A stretch of 64,000 bases of DNA from Kiritimatiellia bacterium (GCA_051884875.1 JBJEWD010000020.1:26930-90929); one strand, 5' to 3'. Counted from the stretch's first letter, positions 28,442 to 38,880 are shown. Numbers and translations: made by a program. Notes: generated by a model from the sequence alone, not told the origin.

Positions 28442-29797
28442 ATGAAACGCAAAATCTACGATACTCTTCTGGCATGGAAACGCGAGGATGCCGACCATAA
28501 CGCCGTCTTGATTGACGGCGCACGGCGTGTCGGCAAGAGCTGGATAGCGGAGGAGTTCGCCAAAAACGAATATAAGGCACATCTTCTCATAGACTTCACC
28601 AAGGCAAGCCGAAAGATACGGGAGCTCTTTGATGAATATCTCGACGATCTCGATACGTTCTTCCGCCTTCTGCAGGCCTATTCCAACGTCAGGCTTGTGG
28701 AACATGACAGCGCAATAATCTTTGACGAAGTCCAGAACTTTCCGAGAGCACGTGAAGCCATAAAGCACCTTGTCGCCGACGGGAGATACCACTACATTGA
28801 AACCGGCTCTCTCATCTCCATTCGCGAAAATGTCAAAGATATCCTCATTCCTTCCGAAGAAATCCACATCAAGATGCACCCGATGGACTTCGAGGAGTTC
28901 CTTTGGGCGACGGGGAACGAAGCGCGATGGGATGCCATACGCACGTTCTTCGTCAAACGCCAACCTCTTGGCCCGTTGATCCATAAAACAATGATGGATC
29001 TGTTCCGACAATACATGATTGTAGGCGGAATGCCGCAGGCCGTCTTGCGCTTCATCGAAACCAATGGGGATTTCATGGCCGTGGACAAGGTAAAGCGTGG
29101 CATTCTGATGCTATACCGGGATGGCATACACAGGCACGCCAATGTCCTTTCCTATAAAGTAGAAGCCGTGTTCGACACTCTGCCCGCCGCACTTTCCAGA
29201 CATGAAAAGAAGTTTAGACCGTCCGATCTGTCCAAGGATTCCAGACTTCGCGAGTACGAAGATGCTCTCTTCTGGCTCAAGGATGCGATGGTCATCAATC
29301 CATGCTACAATTCCACGGAGCCTAACGTGGGATTGGGTCTCAACCTTGATAGAACAACCCTTAAATGCTACATGGGCGATACCGGATTGCTCGTCAGCCA
29401 TGCATTTGGCGAGAACAAGAATGCTGTTGCCGACATCCATCGACGCCTCCTGTTTGACAAGATTGAATTGAATAGGGGTTTGCTGATGGAGAATGTTGTC
29501 GCGCAGATGCTCACAGCCACCGGCAGGGATCTCTATTTCTTCACCCGCTACGACAAGAGCAATGCCGACGAAAGGATGGAGATCGATTTTCTTATTGCCA
29601 AGTCCAAGATTGGCAGACGGAAGAACGTATCCCCAATTGAAGTCAAAAGCGGGAAAAACTACACAACCATTTCGCTCAACAAGTTCTGCCGCAAGTACCG
29701 GGCGTATATCGACACGCCTTATGTCCTTCATGCAGGCGACGTCAAGATTGACAACGGTATCATCTACCTTCCGCTGTACATGACACCATTTCTCTGA
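28442..29797 (+). CDS. AAA+ ATP-binding protein with DUF4143
   Basis: MKRKIYDTLLAWK...LIDGARRVGKSW Walker A. It is the only confident plus-strand gene in the window. Confidence 0.75.
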   Translation: MKRKIYDTLLAWKREDADHNAVLIDGARRVGKSWIAEEFAKNEYKAHLLIDFTKASRKIRELFDEYLDDLDTFFRLLQAYSNVRLVEHDSAIIFDEVQNFPRAREAIKHLVADGRYHYIETGSLISIRENVKDILIPSEEIHIKMHPMDFEEFLWATGNEARWDAIRTFFVKRQPLGPLIHKTMMDLFRQYMIVGGMPQAVLRFIETNGDFMAVDKVKRGILMLYRDGIHRHANVLSYKVEAVFDTLPAALSRHEKKFRPSDLSKDSRLREYEDALFWLKDAMVINPCYNSTEPNVGLGLNLDRTTLKCYMGDTGLLVSHAFGENKNAVADIHRRLLFDKIELNRGLLMENVVAQMLTATGRDLYFFTRYDKSNADERMEIDFLIAKSKIGRRKNVSPIEVKSGKNYTTISLNKFCRKYRAYIDTPYVLHAGDVKIDNGIIYLPLYMTPFL

Positions 29798-29799
29798 CG

Positions 29800-29968
29800 T
29801 GCCGCCAGATTCTCTCGGTTCTGCGGTCAATCGGAGCACCTTTCGTCCCGGCGAATGCATTGCGATCCCCGCCCGCTCGCTCGCGGCGGACGAAAGATCA
29901 GCCCACACACGGGGTTTTGCGGGAGGAAGGCCAGGAAATTTGCGGGCGGCAATATTCATGGCAGGCAC
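29800..29968 (-). pseudogene. N-terminal fragment (~55 codons) of a paralogue of the kinase-like gene, truncated by the ATPase cassette
   Basis: KFPGLPPAKPRVWADLSSAASERAGIAMHSPGRKVLRL compared with KFLGLPAAKPRVWVDLSSTASKRAGLTMHSPGRKSLKL. The rest of track ORF 29111..29968 is antisense to the ATPase. Confidence 0.45.
29832..29948. repeat. Right copy of the imperfect direct repeat flanking the ATPase cassette
   Basis: See 28073..28190. Confidence 0.6.
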
Positions 29969-30963
29969 CGTCGCATGCCAACAAACGCTGATTCAGTCAA
30001 ATCTGCGCAATCTTCGACAGGAATAAAACCACGCCCGATGTCAAATCCATCTTCTCTTGCATCCTCTACAACATAAAGAGTGGCGGACGACAACACGGCC
30101 ATGCGCTTTTGCCAAGACACTTTGCTCCCATACCTTTGAAACACAATCCGTCGAAATATGAAATGCGGGAAAATCCTTTCCGCCCTGAATGCCTCCTCGC
30201 CGCCAACCGTCGCCATGCTCTGACTTTTCAGGTATATGATACATCCAGTTGGATACTTGATACGATCAAAGATTCGCCTAATTGTAGCGGCAAACCATTC
30301 AAATCCAAGCTTTATGCGCCACCGCCGCCCAAACAAAGTAAAGGCTGGCGTATTCTGGCGCATGAACCGCTGATACTCCGCTATTGGAGCGTTCTCCGCC
30401 ATCAACCTCATGGCTTTCCGCACTAGTTTCTCCGGAATCAATTCTTCAAGTCGCTTGGCAAGAAGTACATGGTCGCACTTGCCGTAAAACTCATTTACAA
30501 ACGCTAAGTCCTCCTCACGGAAGACTCCCTTCACGCGACGCTTTGCCAGTTTATACGCCAATTCTGCCTCAGGTGAAAGGTGGTAAAGATAACCAGAGAA
30601 AACCCGATGGGGCAAAATCAGAGAATCCTTAATCCTGTATTCTCCTGTCCCTTTCGGATCGGACACAAAATCGAGTGCGACGGATGCTTTGCCGTCAGGC
30701 GACACCGCAACATAGTAGAAGCACCACGGAACATCATACCAGAGCTTCTGTACAAATCTCCAGCCTGTCGCTTCTCCGGCTTTCTTCAGAAGAAAGGGCA
30801 ACCGTTTCTTTTCATCCATCGATATGAGCATATCTACATCGGAAGTAGCGCACTTTGGAAGGGTCTGCCATGAATGCAAAACCACATAGTTGAAGCGAGC
30901 CTCATTGAAAACATGGAATAGCTCGTTGAAGAAATGTTCTTGCTTGTTAACATCAACCTGCAT
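29956..30963 (-). CDS. Hypothetical protein (possible nucleotidyltransferase-fold motif SDVDMLI)
   Basis: ORF. The start was moved to the internal M to reduce overlap with the upstream GT4 gene. Confidence 0.35.
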   Translation of the reverse strand: MQVDVNKQEHFFNELFHVFNEARFNYVVLHSWQTLPKCATSDVDMLISMDEKKRLPFLLKKAGEATGWRFVQKLWYDVPWCFYYVAVSPDGKASVALDFVSDPKGTGEYRIKDSLILPHRVFSGYLYHLSPEAELAYKLAKRRVKGVFREEDLAFVNEFYGKCDHVLLAKRLEELIPEKLVRKAMRLMAENAPIAEYQRFMRQNTPAFTLFGRRWRIKLGFEWFAATIRRIFDRIKYPTGCIIYLKSQSMATVGGEEAFRAERIFPHFIFRRIVFQRYGSKVSWQKRMAVLSSATLYVVEDAREDGFDIGRGFIPVEDCADLTESAFVGMRRCLP

Positions 30964-32284
30964 TTGTATTTCCCATGATACATGAATATATCTCGTTAAT
31001 CTTCGCAGCAATAATCTCCCATTTATAGATTGAAGTGACTCGCTTCTGCACCGCAACGCCATGCAGTCGCAGCAAGTCTCGATTCATATAATATTCCATA
31101 AGGTACCGCGTCGCCTCTTCAATCAGGGTGTCGGGGTTTTCCGCAGATATCTTTAATCCACAGTCATCCATCACCATATCTTTCATCCCTGCGCGATCCT
31201 GGCAAATGACCGGGACGCCATGCGCCATTGCCTCAAGAATCGTCCACGAGCCACCTTCCCTGAAACTTGAATGGACCAGGACATCCGTCGAATCAAGTGC
31301 CGCAAGAATCTCAGAATTAGGGACATTGCCGTGGAAGATGATCATGCTATCGCCTTGCGGCTTTTTAACGTAGCGACATAGAGGTGCCGGATTTCCTCTG
31401 ACGCTCTGTGGCTCTGCGTTAAAACCATATCTTTCTGTCGCAAGCGATTCGAGTTCATGTCGAAGTGGCCCATCGCCGTAGACATGGAGCTCGCCTTCGC
31501 CGCCGGATTCGAGAAACGCGGCAAACGCCTGAATGGTGTACTTTACGCCTTTAAGCGGGATGAGACGACCGACACTCATGATCTTGAGGGGACGCCGCCG
31601 CGCGTTATATTGTCTGGGGACGATCTCGCCGGCATAAGCGGTTTCGGGAATGACCGCGGTAATCTGTCCCGGATCGAGTTTTGCCGCCGATGCGAGTTCA
31701 GTGGTACGAAAAAGAACGACACGGCATTTTCTACGGAGATCTGCCGCCCAAGGCGCAGGATGAAAAGAATACCAGGCGACCAACCGGTAAAAGATCTCGG
31801 AAATGCGCGACTTGATACTTTCATTCCTCAAAAATGCGTCTTCCATCGCGCCAGACGCACCGCCTATCGGCCCCCACACAAACCTGTCGGTGTATTTCGC
31901 CGCCCAGGGCGTGAAGAAGATGCTGCCAAAGGTCAGGTGATGGACGATGTCGTATTTCTTGAACTCATCCCCGTATGCCTTCGCTGCGCCGCGTTGCCAA
32001 AGTTCCTGATAGAGTTGTATGCCGCAAGGCAGTTTCTTCTTGAGCCGATGGAACCATTCGGCGAGGTCGTAGTATTCCCAGTGAATCCTGCCGTGCGATG
32101 CCGCTGGATCGGCGGCGATATACGCCTCGATGGCCTTGCGGTTGTTGCACCTTGTCAGCACGGTAAGTTCATGACGCTTGGCAAGTTCTCCGACAATGTT
32201 CCACCCCACCCCCGGCTCGCTCGTCCGATTCGGCTCGCAGGCAAATGCTATCAAGAATAGTTTCATATCCAGCTTCTGGCACAA
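30953..32284 (-). CDS. Glycosyltransferase family 4
   Basis: MKLFLIAFACEPNRTSEPGVGW N-domain, GT-B architecture. Confidence 0.7.
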   Translation of the reverse strand: MCQKLDMKLFLIAFACEPNRTSEPGVGWNIVGELAKRHELTVLTRCNNRKAIEAYIAADPAASHGRIHWEYYDLAEWFHRLKKKLPCGIQLYQELWQRGAAKAYGDEFKKYDIVHHLTFGSIFFTPWAAKYTDRFVWGPIGGASGAMEDAFLRNESIKSRISEIFYRLVAWYSFHPAPWAADLRRKCRVVLFRTTELASAAKLDPGQITAVIPETAYAGEIVPRQYNARRRPLKIMSVGRLIPLKGVKYTIQAFAAFLESGGEGELHVYGDGPLRHELESLATERYGFNAEPQSVRGNPAPLCRYVKKPQGDSMIIFHGNVPNSEILAALDSTDVLVHSSFREGGSWTILEAMAHGVPVICQDRAGMKDMVMDDCGLKISAENPDTLIEEATRYLMEYYMNRDLLRLHGVAVQKRVTSIYKWEIIAAKINEIYSCIMGNTNAG

Positions 32285-33229
32285 ATCGCCGACAATTTCT
32301 TGAGTAAAAACGCAGCAAATACTGAAAGTACAACAAAGATAACAAAATCTATAATCATATTAACCGACAGGGCCTTCAATGGGTAAAGAAAAAACAGGAT
32401 TAGTCTATGGGTCAGATACAATTCATAGCTCAAACTGCTAAGCCCCTCCCCCCCCCCCTGTTACGTTTCTGGAAATCACAACAACAAAGCATGAGAACGA
32501 CACCATTATGCCAACCCAATAGGCTACAGGGGTACCATTCGTGCAAAAGCCATTGTTGAGCATAACATACAAAAGCGAGCTCAATAAAAGCAAAAAGGCA
32601 CCTCCTATCACTCTCCTTGGAAGTGTACCGGATAACAACCACTCTAATATTTCTTTAGCATAGATAAAAGCTATGCCGCACGTCCAGACGAAGGATAGAT
32701 ACCAAGACTGATGGAGACCCATCCTAAGAAAGCAGTACTGCAAACACATCACCGCAAGGAGAGACATAAAAATAGCGGCAAATACCCACCTCCTGCTTGT
32801 AGCCCATTGCACCCTTGTTAATAAGACGACTTCGACGTAAAAGATGAGAATTGCCGTCACGAACCAAAGACAACCTATTCCTTTCATTTTACAAAACCAA
32901 TTCAATCCAAGCAAATTCGCGATGAACCGTGCAACACACAACGACTCGCCTTTGGACAACATGATCGCCGCATAAGTCAATAGCACAAACCAAAGTGCTG
33001 GGAACAATCGTCTGCATCGCTTCTTCAAAAATGGCAGCCCGTATTGCGGGCATGCCTTCTCTCGCCAATTAATACCAAGCAGCAGAGCAGAAAGAACGAA
33101 AAACAACGAGTTTCCCACTACCCCACACCAATCGCCGATGCAACCATTACCAATGTCGCGAGACCAGTGGCAGACCATTACTAGCACAATGGCAACAGCG
33201 CGAATCATGTCGAAAGATGCATAGTGCAT
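32285..33229 (-). pseudogene. Acyltransferase family 3 (OatA-like) gene frameshifted at a G11 tract, or phase-variable
   Basis: The current frame stops at 32438, 6 codons after the tract (T-G5-A-stop). With G10 the frame stays open for about 58 further hydrophobic codons and ends in a TGA that overlaps the ATG of the downstream GT4 (ATGA). Confidence 0.55.
32448..32458. repeat. Homopolymeric C11 (G11 on the coding strand) tract
   Basis: Eleven consecutive C residues. Confidence 0.9.
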
Positions 33230-33230
33230 A

Positions 33231-33884
33231 TTACCGTTCGCTCCAAAGAGGCTCTAAGGCATCTATCGCCGCCGACATAGTGTCCTCAATCGAAACTGTT
33301 GTGTTTATGAAGCACATATTAGGTGACGATTTGGATAAATTGTATAATTCTTTCATTTGCCGCTTAACTTCATCAAGCGAGGTCTCTGGTTTGCGTGCAA
33401 ATATTTTCTCGCAATCCCCTCCAAGACAAAGAATGATGTCGGGATGAGGCACTATCATCAAATAAAGCCTGACAATCCAGCGCGGCAGCCTGACACGAAA
33501 GCGTAATGGATCTATCAGTATGTCGTAGGCATATCTGTCGAACACCCAACAAGAGACATCCTTTCGCCTTAATATTGGACGGACCCTGAACCAGAACCCA
33601 AATACATAGTCGCCAACAAGATATGTCAGCCTTAAAAGCGAGCACACGAATCCTGACGGTTTTGCACCATGAGGATTGGCGCACACATAACCATGTTTAC
33701 GCTTGATACCGCGAAAGCGCTCCATGGGGGGGAACAGATACGGTCGCAGATGGCAAACCCGTACCTTGCCGGACATTTTCTTTTCAAGTAACGGCACAAC
33801 AGCGTCCAGTAAAGTACTTTTGCCGGCGCCATCTGTTCCAATGACGGCAACCACAGGCTTCCTCTTTTTCCACAACATTCTCAT
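33231..33884 (-). CDS. P-loop NTPase, thymidylate-kinase-like
   Basis: VIGTDGAGKST P-loop and a DRY motif. Confidence 0.45.
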   Translation of the reverse strand: MRMLWKKRKPVVAVIGTDGAGKSTLLDAVVPLLEKKMSGKVRVCHLRPYLFPPMERFRGIKRKHGYVCANPHGAKPSGFVCSLLRLTYLVGDYVFGFWFRVRPILRRKDVSCWVFDRYAYDILIDPLRFRVRLPRWIVRLYLMIVPHPDIILCLGGDCEKIFARKPETSLDEVKRQMKELYNLSKSSPNMCFINTTVSIEDTMSAAIDALEPLWSER

Positions 33885-34705
33885 TCGTTATTGCACCCAC
33901 CATGTATTTTAGGAAAGAGCACCCTGAAATGCTGTCCAAGAAACAATCGGACAGCCCTCCTTAACCCGAAATGCGACAGATTGTACCTGAAAAACACATG
34001 TGGTTCAGGGCCGCCTGCCGGGCTGTATAAATTTCTCAATCTATCCCAAAATGACATCTCAGGATTTCTCCACTTTTCCAATGTCGTCTTGGCTTCGCAT
34101 ATTCCAACAGGATGGGCAGCAAGCAATACCTCGATCCCATTTTCCCTCGCCCTTAATCCGTAATCGTAATCACCTATACCATGTGTCATGTATCCGGGAA
34201 AGTTCCCTATAGCCGAGAAGACAGAGTGCGGAACGTAAACGGCATTGCCGTTCATCCAATAACATGCTTGCAATTCGCCATTTGGCATCAACTTGCTCCC
34301 CGACTCATCCCGTCCAGAGTAGGTGATCGCATCTTTCCCCTTGCCAAACGTTGCGCCTACAATAATGCTATCGCCAGGCACAAGCATTTCTTCCAGGGCA
34401 GAGTCAAAAAGCATTGTATCGTCATTCAGCCAAAAATACCCGTCATATTTAATGCCACTTGTTGCAGCAGCGGACCATACGCGGCGCATCCCGCCGCACC
34501 AAAAGTCCCGCCCACTACCCTTAATCACTTTTATTCTAGGGAATGCAATTCTGACTTTGACGCCTGTTCCATCTGGCGAGGCATCGTCATTAAGCCAGAC
34601 GTCAAACAACCATCCTGCGGGAACCCTCGCCTCAAACAAATGGTGCAAGCACTCAAGCGTCGTCGCGGCACGATTGTAGCTTGTCATTAGTACTGCAATT
34701 CGCAT
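33881..34705 (-). CDS. Glycosyltransferase family 2
   Basis: MRIAVLMTSYNRA...WLNDDASPDGT (DxD region). Confidence 0.7.
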   Translation of the reverse strand: MRIAVLMTSYNRAATTLECLHHLFEARVPAGWLFDVWLNDDASPDGTGVKVRIAFPRIKVIKGSGRDFWCGGMRRVWSAAATSGIKYDGYFWLNDDTMLFDSALEEMLVPGDSIIVGATFGKGKDAITYSGRDESGSKLMPNGELQACYWMNGNAVYVPHSVFSAIGNFPGYMTHGIGDYDYGLRARENGIEVLLAAHPVGICEAKTTLEKWRNPEMSFWDRLRNLYSPAGGPEPHVFFRYNLSHFGLRRAVRLFLGQHFRVLFPKIHGGCNNE

Positions 34706-35439
34706 ACTTCCTCCAGAAAACGCAACGACTGATCGTATGGGAGATTCCAGTCCATAAGATCCCCCTTATTATCAAGTTCACCTTTGTCATTCCGATAATT
34801 AGGGTGGCAATGTATTTCGATATCCGCATCTGCAAAAAATCTGTCTGCCAATTTAGGTATATCTTTTGTGAATAAAAGAGCATCTGGACGAGCCAGACCA
34901 TACTTATCGATCAAGTGCTCGACTCTCCGGCAATAGAATTGTCTGTTGGGCGCCGAAAACATACCCCGGGTAGAGCGGAATCCGTTACTGCAGGCCGTTT
35001 TGTACACAACGTCATTTAGCGGCCAGTAAGAACAGATATATTGGTGGGAATCAAAATGACGCATTTCCAACCCGGTTGCGACAAATGCTTTCATCTGTGC
35101 ATCTATCTCAATTCCGGCAAGCCGCACGACGTCTCGCGGCATCCAAAATCGCCATAGCTTATTCTTCCACAATCCCCCCTTGAAGCATCCATCGTCATTA
35201 CACCAGAAACGGCTGCCTTTAATTTCTTCAGTCAGTGGATACCCCTCTGCCAGATTGATGTGAAGTCCTATCTTGTCCGCGAACCCCGAATCATGAGCAA
35301 TGTGCAAGGCATCATCGAAATAGGGCATATTCACCATCGCAGTGGTACGATGCACGATTCCACGCCTAAAACACTCGGCGATGGCCGCTGTTGCATTGGC
35401 ATTCAACCCATAATCATCGGCGTTGACAATTATCCGCAT
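34687..35439 (-). CDS. YdjC/ChbG-family carbohydrate deacetylase-like protein
   Basis: MRIIVNADDYGL N-terminal motif. The start was trimmed to an internal M; the track ORF begins at 35496. Confidence 0.6.
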   Translation of the reverse strand: MRIIVNADDYGLNANATAAIAECFRRGIVHRTTAMVNMPYFDDALHIAHDSGFADKIGLHINLAEGYPLTEEIKGSRFWCNDDGCFKGGLWKNKLWRFWMPRDVVRLAGIEIDAQMKAFVATGLEMRHFDSHQYICSYWPLNDVVYKTACSNGFRSTRGMFSAPNRQFYCRRVEHLIDKYGLARPDALLFTKDIPKLADRFFADADIEIHCHPNYRNDKGELDNKGDLMDWNLPYDQSLRFLEEVCELQY

Positions 35440-36440
35440 ATTCTTCTCCAGAAACGTTTTAAGGCCAGCGAAGGATTGGAAGCGACTTTTCGCCATATTG
35501 ACATATACAACATATCTTCAAGGAAGAAACGTTCACATTCAGCATTTGGAATCATGCTTACAGGATGTTGTAAGGGGAAAACAATCTCTTCCGCGATTTT
35601 ATTCACCTCCACCGGAGAGCAAAAAACGTCTCCCTCCGCCCCCATGCGCGAACTGAAGTTCTGCCCTATATTTATCGCTGGATTTACTACAGAATGGGCG
35701 ACAAGCATATTTCCTCTGTAGAGCGTTGTTGCCCAAGCCCCAGCCCAGGTCTTTTGCCTTCCCTCCTTAATCAATCTTGCATTCTTCGCCCATTTATCCA
35801 CATATGCCTGTCGCTTGAGAACGCTATACATGACACCTGTTTCTATCATCCGCTCCAGAAACGGAAGTGTTGAATCGTGCATTTTCCATGCACGCCGCCA
35901 TGTCGCCCATCCCGCCCCAATTGTCGACATTCTGTCGAAATAGTAACTGTCACCATGGAAATCAATCTCCGCCTTGCGGAAATGTTCACACTCCGCCGCA
36001 ATCATTCCAACCCGCATATCGTCCTTGTAACGCTCCAACAGCTCTTCGCAAAATCGAAAGAACGATGGATGCGATATGCAGTCATCTTCAAGGATGATCG
36101 CCCTGTCTTCATGCTCAAAAACCCATGAGATGCCGCTTGTCATACGTTTGCCGCACCCCATATTCTTTTCTGCATAATTCCGATAAATCTCACACTCCCA
36201 ATCTATCGAGCGTTCAAAGATTTCTTTGCACGCTGCAACCCCTTCAATATCGTTCTCATTGCCGCTTCGAGGCGCGTCAAGAACCAAATAAAGCCGTTGC
36301 GGCTTCACAAGACTGACACTTTCAATGACTTTCTTGAGTGTGTCTGGACGATTGAAAGCGCAAATCATCACCGGTACATTCGTCATAATACGCTCCTTCT
36401 CATGGTCATGACATTGCAGAATAAAAATTCGAGACGGCAA
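35430..36440 (-). CDS. Glycosyltransferase-like protein (GT-A fold, uncertain family)
   Basis: PVMICAFNRPDTLKKV resembles GT2-like N-termini. Confidence 0.4.
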   Translation of the reverse strand: MPSRIFILQCHDHEKERIMTNVPVMICAFNRPDTLKKVIESVSLVKPQRLYLVLDAPRSGNENDIEGVAACKEIFERSIDWECEIYRNYAEKNMGCGKRMTSGISWVFEHEDRAIILEDDCISHPSFFRFCEELLERYKDDMRVGMIAAECEHFRKAEIDFHGDSYYFDRMSTIGAGWATWRRAWKMHDSTLPFLERMIETGVMYSVLKRQAYVDKWAKNARLIKEGRQKTWAGAWATTLYRGNMLVAHSVVNPAINIGQNFSSRMGAEGDVFCSPVEVNKIAEEIVFPLQHPVSMIPNAECERFFLEDMLYMSIWRKVASNPSLALKRFWRRICG

Positions 36441-37941
36441 AATTGGCGCTCTTGGAAATTAGCCTTTGCCTCCAGTACTGTTCGCCCCAACATGCACCTA
36501 GGCAAGAGAACAACACCGTGCCGAACGGGACACCCACCACAAAGTGTCCCGTATGGCTACCGATTACACCTTGAGAAATGCACACGGCCATAGTGACAAT
36601 AATGGGCATCGTAGAGAATTTTGTCAGAAACAACCTGTTCTTTTTTCTACAGACGTACCATACAAACAAGATGTACAATCCAAGGCCACCATAAAAGCCA
36701 TGGTAGCGAACAAGATTCAACATCGTATTATGCGATGACACTGTAATATAGACTTTATTTGTTTTACCGGAGTTCAAGTCTGCATCGACCTCCATATACG
36801 GTGTCGGCTTGACCCATATCGGATTTGATAAGATGTCATTTTGAATGTATCTAATCGTCAATGCCCACATTTCCGCCCGGTCATCTACGGTTTTCCGTTG
36901 CAACTTTTTTAGAATCGAATCAATACTAGTCATCGACATTTCATTATACTTCCCCTCTCCAGCATTTATACCACCATACTTTTCGACCAAGCTTGGGGAA
37001 AGCAGTACAACCCACGCAGAAATAATAAACAAAGGAAGAGGGGTGAGTTTCTTCATAAATCTTTCATTAGATTTGATGGTTATAAACACAACAAGACAGG
37101 ATAAGATACACGTTCCCAACTGCGTAAAAGTCACATCACACTTGGTCAAATGAAAGAAATCCAATATAATAATCAGACATCCAATTAACGAAACCATCTT
37201 TTCGACACGAAATCCAGTTTTCTTGGAGAATTGAAAGTAGACATATGAAGCGGCCAGGAATGGCATTGCCCAGAAAATGTTTCGTGAGAAAACAGAGCGG
37301 GTGTCAGCATCGCCTGTCCCCTCAATATCAAGTGATGCACCACCTCCAACTGCTGACATGACAACAAGCAAAACAAATGACCATATTATCATTCCTCTAA
37401 TGAACGGTCTCCCTGTTTTCTTGACGACTAACGCCGCCCAAAAGGCCATCACAAACACAAAATGAGTGAATAGGCCACCGATCATCTCGCCAATTCCTGG
37501 CACATACCTAGGCATCGACACCTTCTGCCAGAAAAACCACGCAAAATACGGAAGCAATAGCATATAAAACAGGTACAACCAATGAAGCGAATACCTCCGT
37601 AAATCAGGGAAATGAAAAAGGACATAAAGAAACGCCCCCAGACAAAGGAAAAACCGCTGCTGCGAACCATACAGACAATGAAGTATTATTGGCAACAAAT
37701 ATTCGTTCTTGGGACATATAGCCAGAAAAAACAAATAGGGCGCAGTAACCAAACCAAACCGAAAGGGGAATAGATAGTACAATGGCAAACACACAATCGC
37801 TATCATTGTGTGGGACATGAACCTCGTCTTCTCTTGTGGTGTATACTCCGCCCACATGTCATCCAAACTCATCCGAATTCTCCTATTGTCCATTTGCAAT
37901 GTTTTTGCAAACCGCGTGCCGCAATCACAGAAAGGGCACAA
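36406..37941 (-). CDS. Polytopic membrane protein, putative O-antigen polymerase/ligase (Wzy-like)
   Basis: 511 aa with more than 10 predicted TM helices, in low-GC DNA. Called from context only. Confidence 0.4.
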   Translation of the reverse strand: MCPFCDCGTRFAKTLQMDNRRIRMSLDDMWAEYTPQEKTRFMSHTMIAIVCLPLYYLFPFRFGLVTAPYLFFLAICPKNEYLLPIILHCLYGSQQRFFLCLGAFLYVLFHFPDLRRYSLHWLYLFYMLLLPYFAWFFWQKVSMPRYVPGIGEMIGGLFTHFVFVMAFWAALVVKKTGRPFIRGMIIWSFVLLVVMSAVGGGASLDIEGTGDADTRSVFSRNIFWAMPFLAASYVYFQFSKKTGFRVEKMVSLIGCLIIILDFFHLTKCDVTFTQLGTCILSCLVVFITIKSNERFMKKLTPLPLFIISAWVVLLSPSLVEKYGGINAGEGKYNEMSMTSIDSILKKLQRKTVDDRAEMWALTIRYIQNDILSNPIWVKPTPYMEVDADLNSGKTNKVYITVSSHNTMLNLVRYHGFYGGLGLYILFVWYVCRKKNRLFLTKFSTMPIIVTMAVCISQGVIGSHTGHFVVGVPFGTVLFSCLGACWGEQYWRQRLISKSANFAVSNFYSAMS

Positions 37942-38880
37942 GCAACGAACGTGCCCACTATGGCGATTGCCAGAGCATTTACGGGGTGTTCTATTCTGAT
38001 TTTGACAAGTTGTAAGATCAAAATAAACGCTTTGTGGGAGACTAAAATACCCATGGTATATTTTCCTACTACCGCCAGAAACTTAAATGAGACGAATTGC
38101 ACAAGAAGCATAGAAGCAAGAACTCCTAAAAAAGAACGAATAACATCAGACCATTGGCTTAGGCCGGCCAAAGAAGACAATTTCGTTATGATAGGCACGT
38201 AGCAGACCGCAGCAGTAAAGAAAGCGAGAATTATAAACTTTGGGATGTACTTTATGCCCCTGCAAGAATCCTTATTCAGGCAGGCCCTGCCAATAATAAA
38301 AAAAAATCAGAAACCGTGGAACAAGGTTCAAACCCCAGAAGATATCCGGTTTTGAAATCAATCCATCCAATGCAAAACATACAGGCAAGAGTGCAAGCTG
38401 TCTGCGGGTGTTTGGAATAAATCTAGCTATCCAATAATAAAATATCTCGACCAGGAACAGGCAGGGCAAAAACCACAAAGCATTGATCACCCTAAAACCA
38501 ATTCCTTCAGGCCAGCCATCCGCTAGCAAAACAGACAAGAAAGGCTGCCAGAAGGTCAATTCTCCAGAATTAAAATACGGAAAATATCTACTTAGGAAAA
38601 CAAACAACAATGCCCAGGCAAACCCAAAAACAAAATACGGAACAAGCAAACGTTTTGCCTTGCGCATTGCAAAATCACCGAACGACTCCCCCGTTCGCCA
38701 CAAAATGCCCGATATGACAAAGAAACCTTTGGTATGAAACATGGCCAGCCTGTTTTTGCAAAATGTAATGGCAGTCTCCGCCTCGCCGCTGCAACAAAAC
38801 GCTATAGCGCCTATTACATGGAACGCGACAATGCTTATCATCAATATACCACGCCACCTATCTATCCAATCTTCTCTCAT
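37869..38880 (-). pseudogene. Acyltransferase family 3 gene split into two ORFs (38272..38880 and 37869..38198) by a frameshift at an A9/T9 tract
   Basis: N-terminal DWIDRWRGILMISIV. Deleting one A from the 38298..38306 tract fuses the two ORFs with no stop, reading ...LIFFIIGRACLNKDSCRGIKYIPKFIILAFFTAAVCYVPIITKL.... Confidence 0.55.
38298..38306. repeat. Homopolymeric A9 (T9 on the coding strand) tract
   Basis: Nine consecutive A residues at the frameshift point. Confidence 0.9.

Noticed and set aside
29111-29968. 285-aa minus-strand ORF
   Set aside because: Only the first ~55 codons (29800..29968) resemble the kinase-like paralogue. The remainder is antisense to the well-supported DUF4143 ATPase CDS. 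It is treated as a truncated pseudogene fragment, not a gene.
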